Source: the human T2T-CHM13v2.0 reference genome, Homo sapiens. Taken from it: DNA of 64,000 nucleotides. Positions within the stretch are counted from its first letter, which is position 1. Every line of letters starts with the position of its first letter. Below, piece by piece: positions 48,916-64,000 of the stretch. The notes under the pieces were generated by a model, which did no database searches, had not been told where the DNA came from, and saw only the letters and a list, made by a program, of their open reading frames with translations. The translations under genes were made by a program, and so were the position numbers. The DNA lies in NCBI RefSeq assembly GCF_009914755.1, contig NC_060938.1; one strand, written 5' to 3'.

Positions 48916-49000
48916 TTTGGGGTTGGGGTTTGGGGCCCGGCAACCTTTGGGGTGGGAGGTCTTTGTGTAGAGCCCAACCTGCCCGCCAAGGCCCACTCAC

Positions 49001-49526
49001 CGGAGAAGAACTGGCTGATGGAGGTGGGCAGGAGCGTGAGGAAGGCCAAGGGGTGGGCGAAGGAGATGGAAAGGACAGCGGAGATGTAGGCCACGCCGGC
49101 CACCATGGAGTAGAGGCAGGCCAGGGAGGTGTAGAGGCAGAACAGGACGAAGTTGCGCATGTTCCTGCTGCCGATGCAGTTGCCGGTGAAGAAACAGTGA
49201 TGGTCGTGCCTCAGGGTGACTCTGGCGCACACTCGGCAGAAGTGGGTGCTAGGTGAGGGGCATGGAGTCTTCCTGGCCGAGGCCCCCTGGCAGGCCCCCA
49301 GGTCGTCTGGGGAGTTCTGGATGACAAGGACGTAATTGCCCAGGGCGTTGGCCGAGAGGAATAGGAAGAGCGCCCCGTGGAGCAGGGCGGGCGAGAAGAG
49401 CCGGGCGGCCGCGGGGTCCTCGCGCATGCTGGGCAGGAAGAGGAAGAGCTGCAGCACGAAGGTCACCAGGGAGATGCACAAGAAGTAGGCGGGGGCCACC
49501 ACGTTGAGCAGCCGCAGGGCCAGCAT
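49001..49526 (-). CDS. ZDHHC22: Palmitoyltransferase ZDHHC22, first coding exon (TM1-2, DHHC domain, TM3)
   Basis: ATG at 49526, motif CRVCARVTLRHDHHCFFTGNCIGSRNMRNF, donor CCG|GTGAGT at 49001/49000, acceptor gcag| at 49541/49540. 526+266 nt = 263 aa plus stop. Confidence 0.96.
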
Positions 49527-50299
49527 CCTCGATTACATTCCTGCGGGGCCCGGGGTGAGAAGAGGACTGACTGACTACGGCGTCCAGGGGGCGCCCTCGC
49601 CCGCTCCTCCGTGCCGCGCGTCTGGGGCACTGCACGCGACTCCACGCCCCCAACCCCCTGTCCCGCGGATTTCCCCTCCCCAGTTCCCTAACCCCGGATC
49701 AGGCAGGCCAGAGACCCGAGCCCGCAGCGGCCTCGGGTCTAGGCCCCACCTGGGGGTGAGTGTTGCCTGGGGTTTTGAGCGAGCTCGGCGCCTTGGCGCG
49801 GCAGAGTCTGGCACAGGAGGGAGGGACTCGTTTGCAGTCTATAGGAGTTGTGAGGGTGGGGGGCACCGGGGGATAGGACTCCTCCCCTCTGTGGATGTGG
49901 AAACAAGCCCAGGTTTGGGATTTCTGGTTCAGACCTCCCTAGGAGGAGAAAGGGAAGGATTTGGGGTCGGGGGCAGGAGAATCAGCGGCACTTGACCTGC
50001 TGGAAATCCTGCTTCACACTCCCCTTTCTCCGTCCCTGCGTCCCCACCCACACACACATCTTGGGCAGCACTCAGGGACCTCACCAGGTTACCCAAGGCT
50101 CTTTGGAGGTATGTGTGCGTGAGGGACCACGATGTGTGTGTGTGTGTCCTTGTCTGTGACTCTGTACGTGTAATCTGTGTGCGCTTGAGTATCTGTATTT
50201 GTGTATGTATATATCTGCGTGTACAGACACGCAGCCTCTGCTATCTAGCTTTAAAAAAATCAATTGAAACAATCGATACACTCACACTCGCTCTCGGGC

Positions 50300-51760
50300 A
50301 CCGGGTGAGGTGGGGGCGCAACCAGAATACCTGTGTCAGCGGGTCCTGGCCAGCACATCTCTCCAACGCTGGCTGCCCGGGCTATTTCTTTGCGAAGAGC
50401 GTTTTCATTTGAGGCGAAATTAAAATCCCCCCTTCGCGCCCGCCTCCCGCCCTCCTGCTGAGAGAAACCCAAACAACCCTCATGGCGCCGAAATCCTTTC
50501 CATGCCGACAAGCCCGCCCTGGGCGCACGAGTGGATGCTTGGCCAGCCTTTCCTGGGATCGACCCCGCCGCCGTGCTCAGCCCTCACCACGTCCCCATCC
50601 CACCCCACGCCTCACAGCCGGGGTTCCTGGCCAGCTTCGGAAGCCACCGAGAAATAGGATTCCGTGCGCCCGAGAGAACTTTTCCAGGGGCTAAGGAATC
50701 GGCCAGCCGGAGGCGCGAGAAAAGTTCTGGGAAGGCGGTTGCACCTAGGATGGGTGGATGCCACGGGGCCTCCGTCCAGGCTGTCCCGTCCGCACGGGTC
50801 GACTGGTCACCTTGGAATCCCCTTTGCAGGTCCCAGCGCCCCCCGGGAACCCGCAGCCTCCGCGGAGAGCGTGGGCCTCTCCCTACCGCTGGGGCGCAGC
50901 GCAGTGCACGCCTGAGGGTGGTCGCCGGGGGCTGGGCACGCCCCCAGTCCTGCGCCGCCGGGGGCTGCGGCGGTGCTGCCCACCCCAGAGAGCCCTCGGC
51001 CTGGGGCTCCGGCGAAGCAAGTGCCTTCCCGGCGCCGGTCGCCAGGGGGGCGCGGGAGCAGCCAGATGCGCCGCAGCGCTGGGAAGGCGGCGAAGGACAG
51101 GGGCTAGGGGAGTGAGGGGCGCTCGGCAGGCAGCCTCAGCCCTGGCCCTGCGCGGGAGAAGGGACAGCAGAGACCGCCCGTGGGGCCCCGGGGTGTAGGG
51201 AGCTGTCCGTTCAGCCCTGGCGCCCGCCTCGCCCGCGGCAGAGGGCGGCACAGCCGGAGCCTTGGAAAGACCGGCAGCGCCGGCAGCCGCGGGCTTCTCG
51301 GCCACTGCCTCCCGGACGCACGGGAAGCCGCCCCCCGCGCCGCCGCCGCCGCACTGCCGCCGTCGCAGAGGGGTGAGGAAATCAACTCACCGAGCTCTGG
51401 TCGCCGACAAGAGGAGCCCCGGACGCCGGCTCTCGCCCTGCCCGAGGCTGCAAAGTTGTGGGCTCGGCCCGGCTGGCTCGCAGCCTGCGCTTCGCTTCGG
51501 GAACTGGGCAAGTAGCGGGGATGTGGGGAGGAGGGAGCGGGCAGCTGCTGGCTTCCCACTTGGGCGCCAGCGAGTAAGGGCCAGGAAGCGGCGGGGATGG
51601 CAGCTGGGCACCCCCCAGCCCCGCCACCCCTCCCTCCGCTCCTGGGGGCGGTGCTCTGGCCGCCAGTCTCAGCATCGTGGACTTGCCCCCTCCTCCCCTC
51701 TCGATTCCCCTTGAGCGGGCTGGGGCGCCCTGCCTGGTTTCAGCGCCCGTTCCAGCTGGG
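50300..51760. promoter_or_regulatory. ZDHHC22: CpG island / ZDHHC22 promoter (CpG-rich sequence also covers ~48990-49800)
   Basis: Very high GC and CpG density, GC boxes, short (GCC)n at ~51338-51352. Confidence 0.9.
51391..51555 (-). other. ZDHHC22: ZDHHC22 non-coding exon 1 (5' end approximate)
   Basis: Minus-strand donor TCG|GTGAGT at 51391/51390 within the CpG island. Confidence 0.65.
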
Positions 51761-54028
51761 AGATTGGGATTCAGCCCTGATGTGGATTCTCCAGCCATCA
51801 TCCTGCCCTTCCCTCTCGGCTAGGTCCCACGACCTTCCCTGCTCTCCACTCGGACTGAAGGAACCCTGGGGGCTTGAGAGGTCAGCTTGCCAGGGCAACA
51901 CCCATGAAGATCAGCGTCATCTCCTCGGAAGGGCTGTGTACAGAGGGTTGGGAGTTGGGACTCTGGAGCCTGTCTACCTGGGTTTGAATATTCACCATTC
52001 ACTACTGTGAGATCTCAGATTCCAGTTTCTTCGTCTGTAAATTCCAGTGTGATCTTAGATTCCAGTTTCCTCATCTGTGAAATAGAGATATGAGGGTTAA
52101 ATGACAATCTATGTAAAACCCTTAAACAGGGCCTGCCCAGGGCAAGCACTGCTTGATTAGATCATAATTAGACACTACTTATCGGGCCCCTACTAGGTAG
52201 CAGGCATTGTGCTAAGCCTTTAGCATAAGATGCTTCCTTAATCCTCTCAGCCTGATCTGTGAAGCTGGCTGAGCCCCATTCTGGAAATGAGGAGGTTGAA
52301 GCTCAGAGAAGCTAAGTCTCATGTCTAAGGTCATACAGCCATTAAGTGACAGAGCCTGGACTTGAACCTGGTTCTAGCATTAATGCTCCTGCGCTCAGCC
52401 TCTACACAGCCCAGCATCACCCTGGGACCCACGGGCAGCTCTGATTTGAGAGAAGGAAAGACAATGGGAGTTTATCCAGACACAGAGCTTGAACTTGGAG
52501 CTTCTTCTTTGAGCCTCACCCCCACCTTCTTATTTCTATTTCCTTCCCCTTCCAGGGCTCCGCTATTCTAAGGTGGGTACTGTGATGCGCCAAGAGGGTA
52601 GTGACACCAATGTGTATCAAACAGTGGGGGGTGGGGGGAGCAGAGCCTTAAAAACATCAAACACTGCAGGAATATTGGTGCCATCACCATCCTCAATTTC
52701 CTGGGTGTCGCAGCTCACCTACCTGCCCTGTTCCTCTCCTCTCGGTGATGGCATACTTAATAAGTAAACATTTATTGCTTTCTCAACTGGCTGATTAAAA
52801 CAAGAGCAATCCCTTGAAATGAGGGCCATATGCTGATCAGCTCAGCCTCTATTCTTGAATAACCACACACTGTTTCCTCTGTAATTTATCAGCATACATC
52901 AAAATAAAAAAGAGGCCAGGAAACCTTTTCACATTCTAAAAGGATCTGACATGTAAGTGAAAGAACAGTATATGCCACATGGTGGCCGTGAGCAGCTGGT
53001 AGCCTTGTGAGTTCCAGTGGCCACAGGACAGACACGGGGAGGCACACATGGCCCTTTTCCCTTCAGAGCAGCTTTGTCTCATAATCGTGGCCGTCTGGGC
53101 CCCTTTTCACAAGCTCTGTCTGCCTCTCACATGGGCTTGGCAGGGAGGGAGGCTGGCTGGGGTGCTTGGGTTTGGGTATACTGACTGAAGATCTCCATTC
53201 CCCAAATACCTTGTGAGTCGGGTGGTATTTCTAATTTTATTTTGCATATGGGTGTGAGGTGGGAAGGTGTGTGTCTGAATCTGTGTGTATGAGGAAAGGG
53301 AAAGAGAGAAAGAAGCTAAGCGAACGTGGGAAGATGTTAGTGGGGGAAGGGAGTATTCAGTCAGGAAAAGGAGATCTGGTCGTGGAAACACAAATGGACA
53401 AGGACGATTATTTATTTAGAAATATCGTTTATCAACAGAAAAGGACATTACAGCTTCAGATCTAAAGCTAGTGGTTCCTCAGCTCCCCTTAAGGAATGGA
53501 GTGAAGGGAAGCACGGCAAATGTCATTTTGTTTTTCTAAAACATATGCTTATCCCTGACAAAATCAATAGGGAGGCAAAATCAATATGAAAACTTCACTT
53601 GGATTCTGGCCCTATGAGAGTCAAGCAGACTAAGAATGAGCATTTTATTGCCATTTACCAGCTGTGTGACCATGAGCTGCTAGTCATTTAACCTCTCTGC
53701 TCTCAGTATTCTCATCGGTAAAATGGGAATAAGAATGCTGCTGTTATTTGTGGTGATGATGATCAAATGGGATCATGTAATTTAAGCACCTTAGCGTCTC
53801 CCACATCTTTAGGGCTCCTCTTTTCAACCACAGGACTCTCTTCACTTTCCAACTAAAATGAGAGCTCCTTGCCTATGTTGGAAATGTTTTGGGGTTTCTT
53901 CCATATTTCCTAATAGGATGATTTGCCCAGAGTTGACACTGAGTAAAAGTCTCTTGATCGATGAATTGCTACTGGTCTGTCTGTGAAAGGAAGAGCTATA
54001 TTCTGAGGTCTTTGAAATGTCTGGTGAG

Positions 54029-54318
<290 letters not shown>

Positions 54319-56636
54319 ATATCTGCTGAGGACACATTTGCCATTGATCTTGCAACCTGCCACCACCCACCCTGACTCTAATCTCATCCTCCATAAACAG
54401 TGACAGAAATGATTTATAAACCACACTCTCCATTGCTCTTGCTGTAGATTCCTATAGTTAAGCCATAACTGTACCTGCAGGCAGTCCCATGGGGACAGGG
54501 GCACAGATAAGCATCTCATTGCTGTCCAGCCCTTTCCTGGAGATATGCGCCCTCAATCTTGCTATTTGGTGGTGTTATTTGAATAAAATGAATTCCCTTT
54601 CAAGTGGAAATTATTCCACTTTGCTTCAGAGTGTTGTATTACAAGGAGAGAAATCCATGTAGCAAGCAGCTTCTGCCTTGAGTGAGTAACCCCGCCTCCA
54701 TGTCTGTCAGGCCTATAATGCCCCAAATGTTTTGGATGGAGACTATTCCAAGATGCAAGGAGCTGCACCTAAGAAGGCTGGTGGTGGTTTTCTTTCATTC
54801 TTATGCTCTTATTTCAGATAGATCAAGGTGAAGATAGGCTTGGGTCAGGATGCTCTTTAGCGCTGACAGCAGATCATAGCCAGGGATAACCACAGAGTGT
54901 TTCCCAAGCCTGGGAAGGCTTACAAAGATGCCATCCCTGCCTGCCCAGATTTGGAAAACATGCAAGTGTAATCTTCATTTTAGCCAACTAAATACATGAA
55001 AATTGGATTATCACAGAGTTTCTATTTGGAGGTGGTAATTTACTTTGCTAACTATGTCTTCATTTTAACAACGATAACATTACTTTGATGTAATAAAGTG
55101 CTTTGCAGGCTACAAAGTCATCCACAAAATTAAAATTTCATCCCATGAATCTCTCTCAACAGCACAAACTAGCTGGGGTGAGAATTATCAAACCCATTTT
55201 CCTTATGGGGAAACTGAGGTTCAGAGATTTGCTGCATGTTAATTTGCAAGGCTTGACTATGTTTGATTTGAAATATGATTTAATATGCAAAACATATCTC
55301 ATCGATATTTAACTTTTCTGGAACATGTCAGTTGCATAAAGGAAGCAGGTATGTAACATACTCCCCCAGAGTAACAGACCTGAAGGATCTCCCTTTACCT
55401 AAAACTGCTGTGCTCTGCACTCTGCATCCTGTCTACTCTGCTTTGTCTTCAACAACTTTTATCACCACTTGACAGGTATATATTTGTCTGTTTACTGTCT
55501 GTCTCTCCCCACTGAATTCTCAACTCCGTGAGAGTAGGATTTGAACTGCTTTATTCACTGCTATATCCCAAGTGCCTATAACAGTGTCTGGCACATAGTA
55601 GTAGGTGCTCAGTAAACATTGGTTGAATGAATAAATATAATATGCATAAACTTGTAAGCCTGCAGCACATTAATCAAATGCCCTCAGGCACTCTGCTGTT
55701 CGTCGTGCTGGAGGGGGTGTGTGTGATTAGGGGCAGGTATGCTCAGCCTCCAAGCTCACATGTCAAGGTAGAAACTACAGGTCTGGGTGACAAGTAAACC
55801 CAGTGGTCTCCCAGGTGATTGGTGCATCAGGGTGGAAATCTTGGGTTAGCTTGGGAGAGCCTCTTTTGCAGTATCCAGGCTGTGGAAGAATGAACCGATG
55901 GGCTCTTTCACCAATTAGCCATGGTTTCCAGGGACCGTTTAGGCAGTCCTGGTAGGGACGCCTGTGCCTGTGGACAAGCGAGTACCCAGCCCTGTGGAAG
56001 CGGTGGCAGCAAGATTAACTGGCCCTTTCATCTCAGAGCACGCAGGAGGCAGAGGGAGGAGAAAGAGGGGGTATAGGGAGGAAGAAGAGGAGGGAGGGAG
56101 AGGGCAGAGAGGAGAAGAGAGAAAAGGAGACAGGAAGGAGAAGAAAGGGGGGTAGTGAGAGAGTGCTCACTTATCTGTCTGACACACCAAGTTTATGTCT
56201 TCATGATGGAGGAGGCTCGGGAGGAGCAGGGCAAAATCAGCTGTCTCCATCGAGAGCCCTGCAATGCCAGGTGTCCAGGTTGGGAGGGAATGAGGCAGAA
56301 GGTGGACATCTCAATTACAGGAGGAGGGGAGTGAGACCAAGGGAGTGAGGTCCCCGCAGTGCCCTTGGCTGTTTGGAGACCTCTTAGATATGTCGTTACC
56401 GTCACAGAGCAGCAGGCAGCACAAACCTCACACTCCTGACCCCCTCTTTCTCCCTCCCCCTACCCCAGCAGAGATGGCCCAGGCTGCAGAAGAGAGGCAG
56501 TGTGGTGCGACCAAAAAAATCACAAGTTTTTGGTGTCTGTTGACCTGAGCTTGTCTCCCAGCTTTGCCATTCACCAGCTATGTGAACTTGAGCAAGTTCC
56601 TTAACTTCTCTGAGTCTCAGATTTGCTCTCCTTTAA

Positions 56637-57072
<436 letters not shown>

Positions 57073-57440
57073 TGATAGGGTTGTTACATAGGTTAAACAA
57101 GATAACATCTGTAGAGCACTTAGAATAGTGGCTGGCATAGTAAACACTAAAGAAGTGAGAAGTTATGTAACGAACTGTGATTCGGTTCCATAGCATGTGA
57201 TAGAAGCCCCAAGACAAAACTGGTTTAAACTAAGATGAAAGTCTATTTCACTGCCACGTAAACGAAGTTTAAGGGAGCCCCTCCAGGGTTGATGCAGAGG
57301 CTGCAAGGTTATGTGAGACCTAGACTCTATCTAGTTCCATCATCCTGAGCATGCTGCCTCATGGTCCAGAACAGCTGCTTCTATCCCAGCCATCATGCCC
57401 ATATTCCAGCCAGCAAAAAGGAGAAAAGGAGAAAGAATAG

Positions 57441-58411
<971 letters not shown>

Positions 58412-59823
58412 TACACAGACCCTACTTTTTAAGGACATTTCCTGGAAGTCGCACACATTACATGCACTTACCTCTCTCATTGGCCAGAACTTGGTCACAT
58501 GGCCACACCTAGTACTGGTCAGTATGTAACCAGCTAAGATTTGTGAGTTGTATTGAGAAAGAAGAGGAGGGAAATGGATTTGGGGGATGACTTGCAGCTT
58601 TTTCTTCTACTGTGAAAAAGTTTAGACATGCAATTTATCCATTCCCTGGGCCTCAAGACTGAAGATGGATTTTTCTGGGACTTCTAGCCTCTGAGATTCC
58701 AGTTTGTCATTGGTCAAATGGGGCTATTGCTCGCTGCCCTTTTCTGCCCTCCACCTGATCTTTGCCTTCCTCTTGGCACGTTTCCTTCTCCTCACAGAAC
58801 AGGTGCAGGAAAGGCAGCTGCAGCCTGCCAAAGCCTTGGCCCTCAGATGAACATGGATGGTGAGGGCTGGAGGTGGCTATGATCAGTGTCCCAGGCCATC
58901 TGGCTGCTTCAATAAGCTCAAAATCTGGCCCAAGATGAAAGAGAAGGGGAGACAGAAAAGATGCACTTTAAATATTTTTTACTCTTAAAAACCATATGAG
59001 TAATATGTTTTGTAAGAAAATACAAAATTTTTTAAAATTAAAAGCAAAACAAAATCTTTTCATCTTAAGCCCTGAGCTAATTATCATGAACATCTTGTAC
59101 GTGTCTCACAATCTTTCATCTACTCAAATTTTTTTCCCCTTAATTACAAATTTGAGCTCACATCTTCATTATCTTTTATAATCAGCTTTTAAAATTCAGC
59201 ATTAACAAGACAATCCTTCCATGTTGATAAATACATTTCCCCGGCGTAATTTTTAATGGACAGCGAGTATGTCCCTCTTACAGAAGTGACACAATTTAAT
59301 AGGGGTGCACCAAAATTTGGCTTTGATCTTAGTATCAAATTTTGCTCTAGAGCTTCATCTTCAACTTTGGCCCCTGAAAGGCTGAATTGCCAAGTTCAGA
59401 CTTAAGCATCATTTCTGGGTTTCCTAGACTGGGGCATGATCCATGATCCTGTGGCTGTGTTACATGGACTTTGCATGCAATAAGCGTAACAACCTGTTAT
59501 ACAGGCATATCATTTGGATGTACTGTGATAAACACTTTTAAATATGGATGACCTTCTATGTGTAAATTGTAATGAATATATTCTTTCGTGCTCTATGTGT
59601 TGAAATTCTATCAATGTATAAATGTACGTTTATTATTGCAAGAGTAAAATGCTGTAATCATTTATGATTGTAAACATTGTCCCTTTTATGTACGGAAATA
59701 ATTATTGAGAGCTTTTAAGTATTCAGATTTAGAAGGAAACACATAGCTAATACAAATTTTGAAAAATATGTCAGCTAGATACTTTTAAAAGATACTTTTT
59801 AAAGACTTGAAAACATTTTTAAA

Positions 59824-59979
59824 TTTTTTTAGAGACAGGGTCTCACTCTGTCACCCCTAGGCTAAAGTACAGTGGCACTATCATAGCTCACTGAAGCCTA
59901 GAACTCCTGGGTTCAAGGAATCCTCCTGCCTCAGCCTCCCAAGTAGCTGGTATTACAGTCTTCAGTCACTACATCTGGC
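59824..59979 (-). mobile_element. Alu monomer (FRAM/AluJ half)
   Basis: Single antisense arm. Confidence 0.8.
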
Positions 59980-60325
59980 TTAAAGATACATTTTGAGGCA
60001 ACAACAACAAAAAAATTAAAATAATAATATGAAGGAGAATAATATGGATTAGATTATATCAGAGTTCTAATCTGTGTAGAATTGTTTGGGATACTAATAT
60101 TCATGGCACTAAACAAAATAACCTTTTAAAACTGTATTCCATTTTTAGTTACTTTATTCTATGTAAGCCATGAATCTTTTTTTAAGCCCTATTTGTAACT
60201 CTTTATATCTTATAAAGATAAAATAAAAACAGAATCTCAGCTTAACCAACCTCATAATTTCATAAATAGGGAAACCTCCAAAATCACATATATTAATAAC
60301 AATATCTATGGTAAATTATATTTAA

Positions 60326-60671
<346 letters not shown>

Positions 60672-62445
60672 TAGAACAAGTGAGGCATCACACTCCTCTG
60701 CCATTCAGTCAAAAGTAAGCACCAATTTATTAACACAAACATTACATAATACATGATACAGGAGCAATCTCGCTACTGCTAGCACTAAGAAAATGTTGTT
60801 CTTGCACTATAACATTAAACTGTTAAATACTGACAGTGAAATGCACCAATAAGGAAACTGTCATCACAGAGAATCTCTGATAAAATTTTAGATGTACTCC
60901 TTTATCAAAGGCATTGGCTTGGGCTTCGGCTGAATACGGATTGTAACAATTGACCATCTGGTGTTCAGCCAAAATGTGTGTTGAGTGCATCTCTAACTTT
61001 AGATTATTTCCAATTTCTCACTATTATTAGCAACATTGCAATGAACGTCCTAACACAAACAACTCTATGGGACCCTGTGATTATTTCCTTGGCTGAATTC
61101 CAAGAAGTGGAATGGCTGGGTCAAAAGGATCCCTATTGCCAAACCATCCTCCAGAAAGTTTGTGCCAGCTTCCTTCCCACTTAAGGAGTGAGGGGCTTGT
61201 AACCTGCCTTCTCACCAGCTCCGGGACCTGCTTTTCCAATCCCCCACAGAGGCTGGGAGTTGGATGGTAGAGAATGGCATCCTTCAGCCAGCCCCAGACG
61301 CCCCCTGGAGCCCACGATTGCAATTGTAGCTATAATTTATTTTGTGTTTACCTCGTTTCTGGCATTGTGGTAGACCTTTTCTTCCTGCATTTCAATCCCC
61401 TCAATTATGGTTCAAAGTAAATATGGCTGGCTTCATCTTATAGATGAGAAAACTGAAACTCAAAGGGTTGGACGGCCCTGCTTTTAGCCCTAATGGAAAT
61501 CTCCAGGGGCCTGTTCAAGCAACAGTCTGCAACCCTATTCCTGCAGGTAAATGAAACCTGCAAGGTCCAATCCCCACGACCCCAACTGTTCAGCCCCTCT
61601 TGGGATCAGGGATCCCTGCGCCCTCCCAGCCAGCACAGTTTCTAGCCAGGGCCTAAAGGTGGAAAAGAAGGTGACCACCCGGTGGGCTCAGCTCTGTGCT
61701 GTACATTGTCTCATGTAGGTCTCAAATGGCCAGGAGAGATACCTTTATCTTATATGAAAGGAGACAGTGGCTCAGGAAAATATCCAAGAGCTCGCAGCTA
61801 GGAAATGGCAGGAATGCAGATAAGGACCTGAACCAGAGGACACACTCAGGGCATGTTCATAGAGTGGATGGAAGGATGAATAGATTCTACAGGGCCCTAG
61901 ATGGTGAAACTACAGGAGCTAGACTACCACAGACCCTCTGTGTAAACCAGGTACTCCCAGGTGGGAAAGAAGAGGGCAGGATTTGAGCCACCCTGGTGGC
62001 AAGGGTCCTCTCTTTTTTCATTCTTTCAGGCAAGAGAAGTTGCATCTAGGGCTGCCTTGTACAGTTGTTCAGGTTCTACACTTTACAATTCCAGGGACCT
62101 CATTTTCACACATGTATATTTGGATAATTATTATAATAATTTTCCAGTAGATGGCAGTAAAGTATCTTGAGTTAAGGACACCCCTTTTCTGTACAAATAT
62201 ACTGTTTGGGCTATTTGCAGTGCTGGGTGCATCTCTCTACCAGCCCTCCAAACTGCTGAGAGGTTGCCTGACACCCTTTCCCTCCCTTGTCTCACCCCTT
62301 CATCGATTGCCTCAGAGTCTCAGAGTTGGGCTGGGGAGTTCAGAGGAGAGTGGCATTAGCACCAGAAAGCCCCAGCTGCATCCTTTATTCCAACAAAGGT
62401 GATGTTTGTAATGGGAAATCCTGGGTTCAAGACCCAGCTCCTGCA

Positions 62446-62769
<324 letters not shown>

Positions 62770-63479
62770 TGACCTCAAAGTTCTGGGCCCTACTTTTCCT
62801 TTCTGAAAAGAGTGCAGTAATAATCCCTGCCCTTGGGGTTGCAAGGAACAAATGCTATTCTGAACATGACCAAGAATGGCTAGCTATAAAGCACTGCATC
62901 CATGAGTGTCCTCCTTACCCAGAGAGGATATGCTGCATTATTGTGGGAAGGGTGTGCCACAGACCACGTGGTGCTGCCTTGTCACAACACTCCCCCGAGT
63001 CACCTTCCCATAAGGGATCTCTCTCCTGGCTCTCCGCTGCTACTCTATCCCAAGGGGTTACTTTGACCTCTTCAGCCTCTGATCCAAGCTCCTTAGTATA
63101 GTTCATCCATTAGCCAGTCAATACATACTAGTAAGCATTTACTATGTGCTGGGGTCTATACTAATCTCTAGCCTCAAGTTGCTTACAGTCCCATGGGGGC
63201 AAAAAGTTAGTGTAGTTGCCATCTTGTTTCTTGTTTCTTGATAAAGCTAGGCTTTATCCCATTCCTCTGGGACCCCGGGGGAGAAAGAGACCTTACCCAG
63301 TTCCTGCCTTCCTAGTTCCTAGGACATTTAATGACTGGACACTATCCTTGGCCCCCACCATTGCAGCTCACTCCAAGTTGTAGAAGAGAAGCTCAGCTGG
63401 GCTCTTTTCTGCCTGTCTCATATGGGTCAGGGAAGCCTAGAACAAACTTGCTATGGATTTCACTTACAATTTGACACAG

Positions 63480-64000
63480 CTGTGAAGAAACAAGAAATCC
63501 AAAGTAGCAGTGGCTTAAATGAGCTAGACCTGCAGTTCCTTCTAATGTAAATGAAGTTCAGAGGCAGGCATTCCAGAGCTAATGTGGCCACTCTACAGTG
63601 CCAGGAGGGACCCAGGCTCTTTCCAGTTCCCTGTTCGGTCATCCCTCAGATGTGGTCTTCATCTTCACGATGGAGGTGTTAGCCCAGGGCTGGCAAAGTC
63701 CTTCATCACATCAGGGCCCAGGCTCCTTTTCTATCATTTCCTCCTCAATTCTTAGTACGCAGCCTCTACCTCATGGCCCAAAATAGCTTCTCATGCTCCA
63801 GCCATTGATTCAACATCCATCAGCAGGAAGTAGGAAAAAAAGTATGAGCAAGGGCATACCTTCTTTCTCTTAGGATACCCCCTGGAAATTACTTGTGGTA
63901 CTTCTCTTTGTCTCCCATTGGTTAGAATTTAGCCACATGACCATATCTAGATGCAAAGAAGGTCAGCAGATGAGTCTTTATTCCAGGTGGCCCTGTGCTT
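63480..64000. mobile_element. Old ERVL/MaLR-type LTR remnant
   Basis: agtggcttaaa...cccaggctcttt...cccattggttagaatttagccacatgaccata motifs; family not resolved. Confidence 0.55.

Noticed and set aside
51338-51363. (GCC)n tract as an expansion-prone repeat
   Set aside because: Only about 4-5 uninterrupted units, common in CpG islands.
52011-52083. ~40-bp imperfect tandem duplication
   Set aside because: Degenerate slippage within a MIR; ordinary.
57162-57171. Perfect D-box GTTATGTAAC
   Set aside because: Isolated 10-mer at a MIR/LTR junction far from any promoter, with no supporting context.

Overview
Primate (very probably human) genomic DNA, Alu/L1/MIR-rich, which I recognise as the chr14q24.3 CIPC-ZDHHC22 locus. 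It holds two complete, convergent spliced genes that I rebuilt from GT/AG junctions. CIPC (+ strand; CpG-island promoter ~7.4-8.6 kb; coding exons 15485-15620, 19584-19753, 23192-24085) gives 399 aa and has AATAAA at 27028. ZDHHC22 (- strand; non-coding exon 1 ending at 51391; coding exons 49526-49001 and 43738-43473) gives a 263-aa DHHC palmitoyltransferase and has AATAAA at 41063-41058. An orphan CpG island lies between them (~34.5-35.3 kb). Nearly all other ORFs in the track come from Alus, GC-rich sequence or chance. I found no new protein-coding system. The most interesting unexplained structures are: in-frame uORFs ending just before both start codons; a ~320-bp duplication flanking an L1 insert (possible giant target-site duplication); a MER53-derived stop plus poly(A) signal that could truncate ZDHHC22; loss of one zinc site in the ZDHHC22 DHHC domain; an RE1-like site inside ZDHHC22 coding sequence; and a dispersed ~55-bp non-Alu repeat. 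Repeat family names and boundaries are from eye recognition and are approximate.
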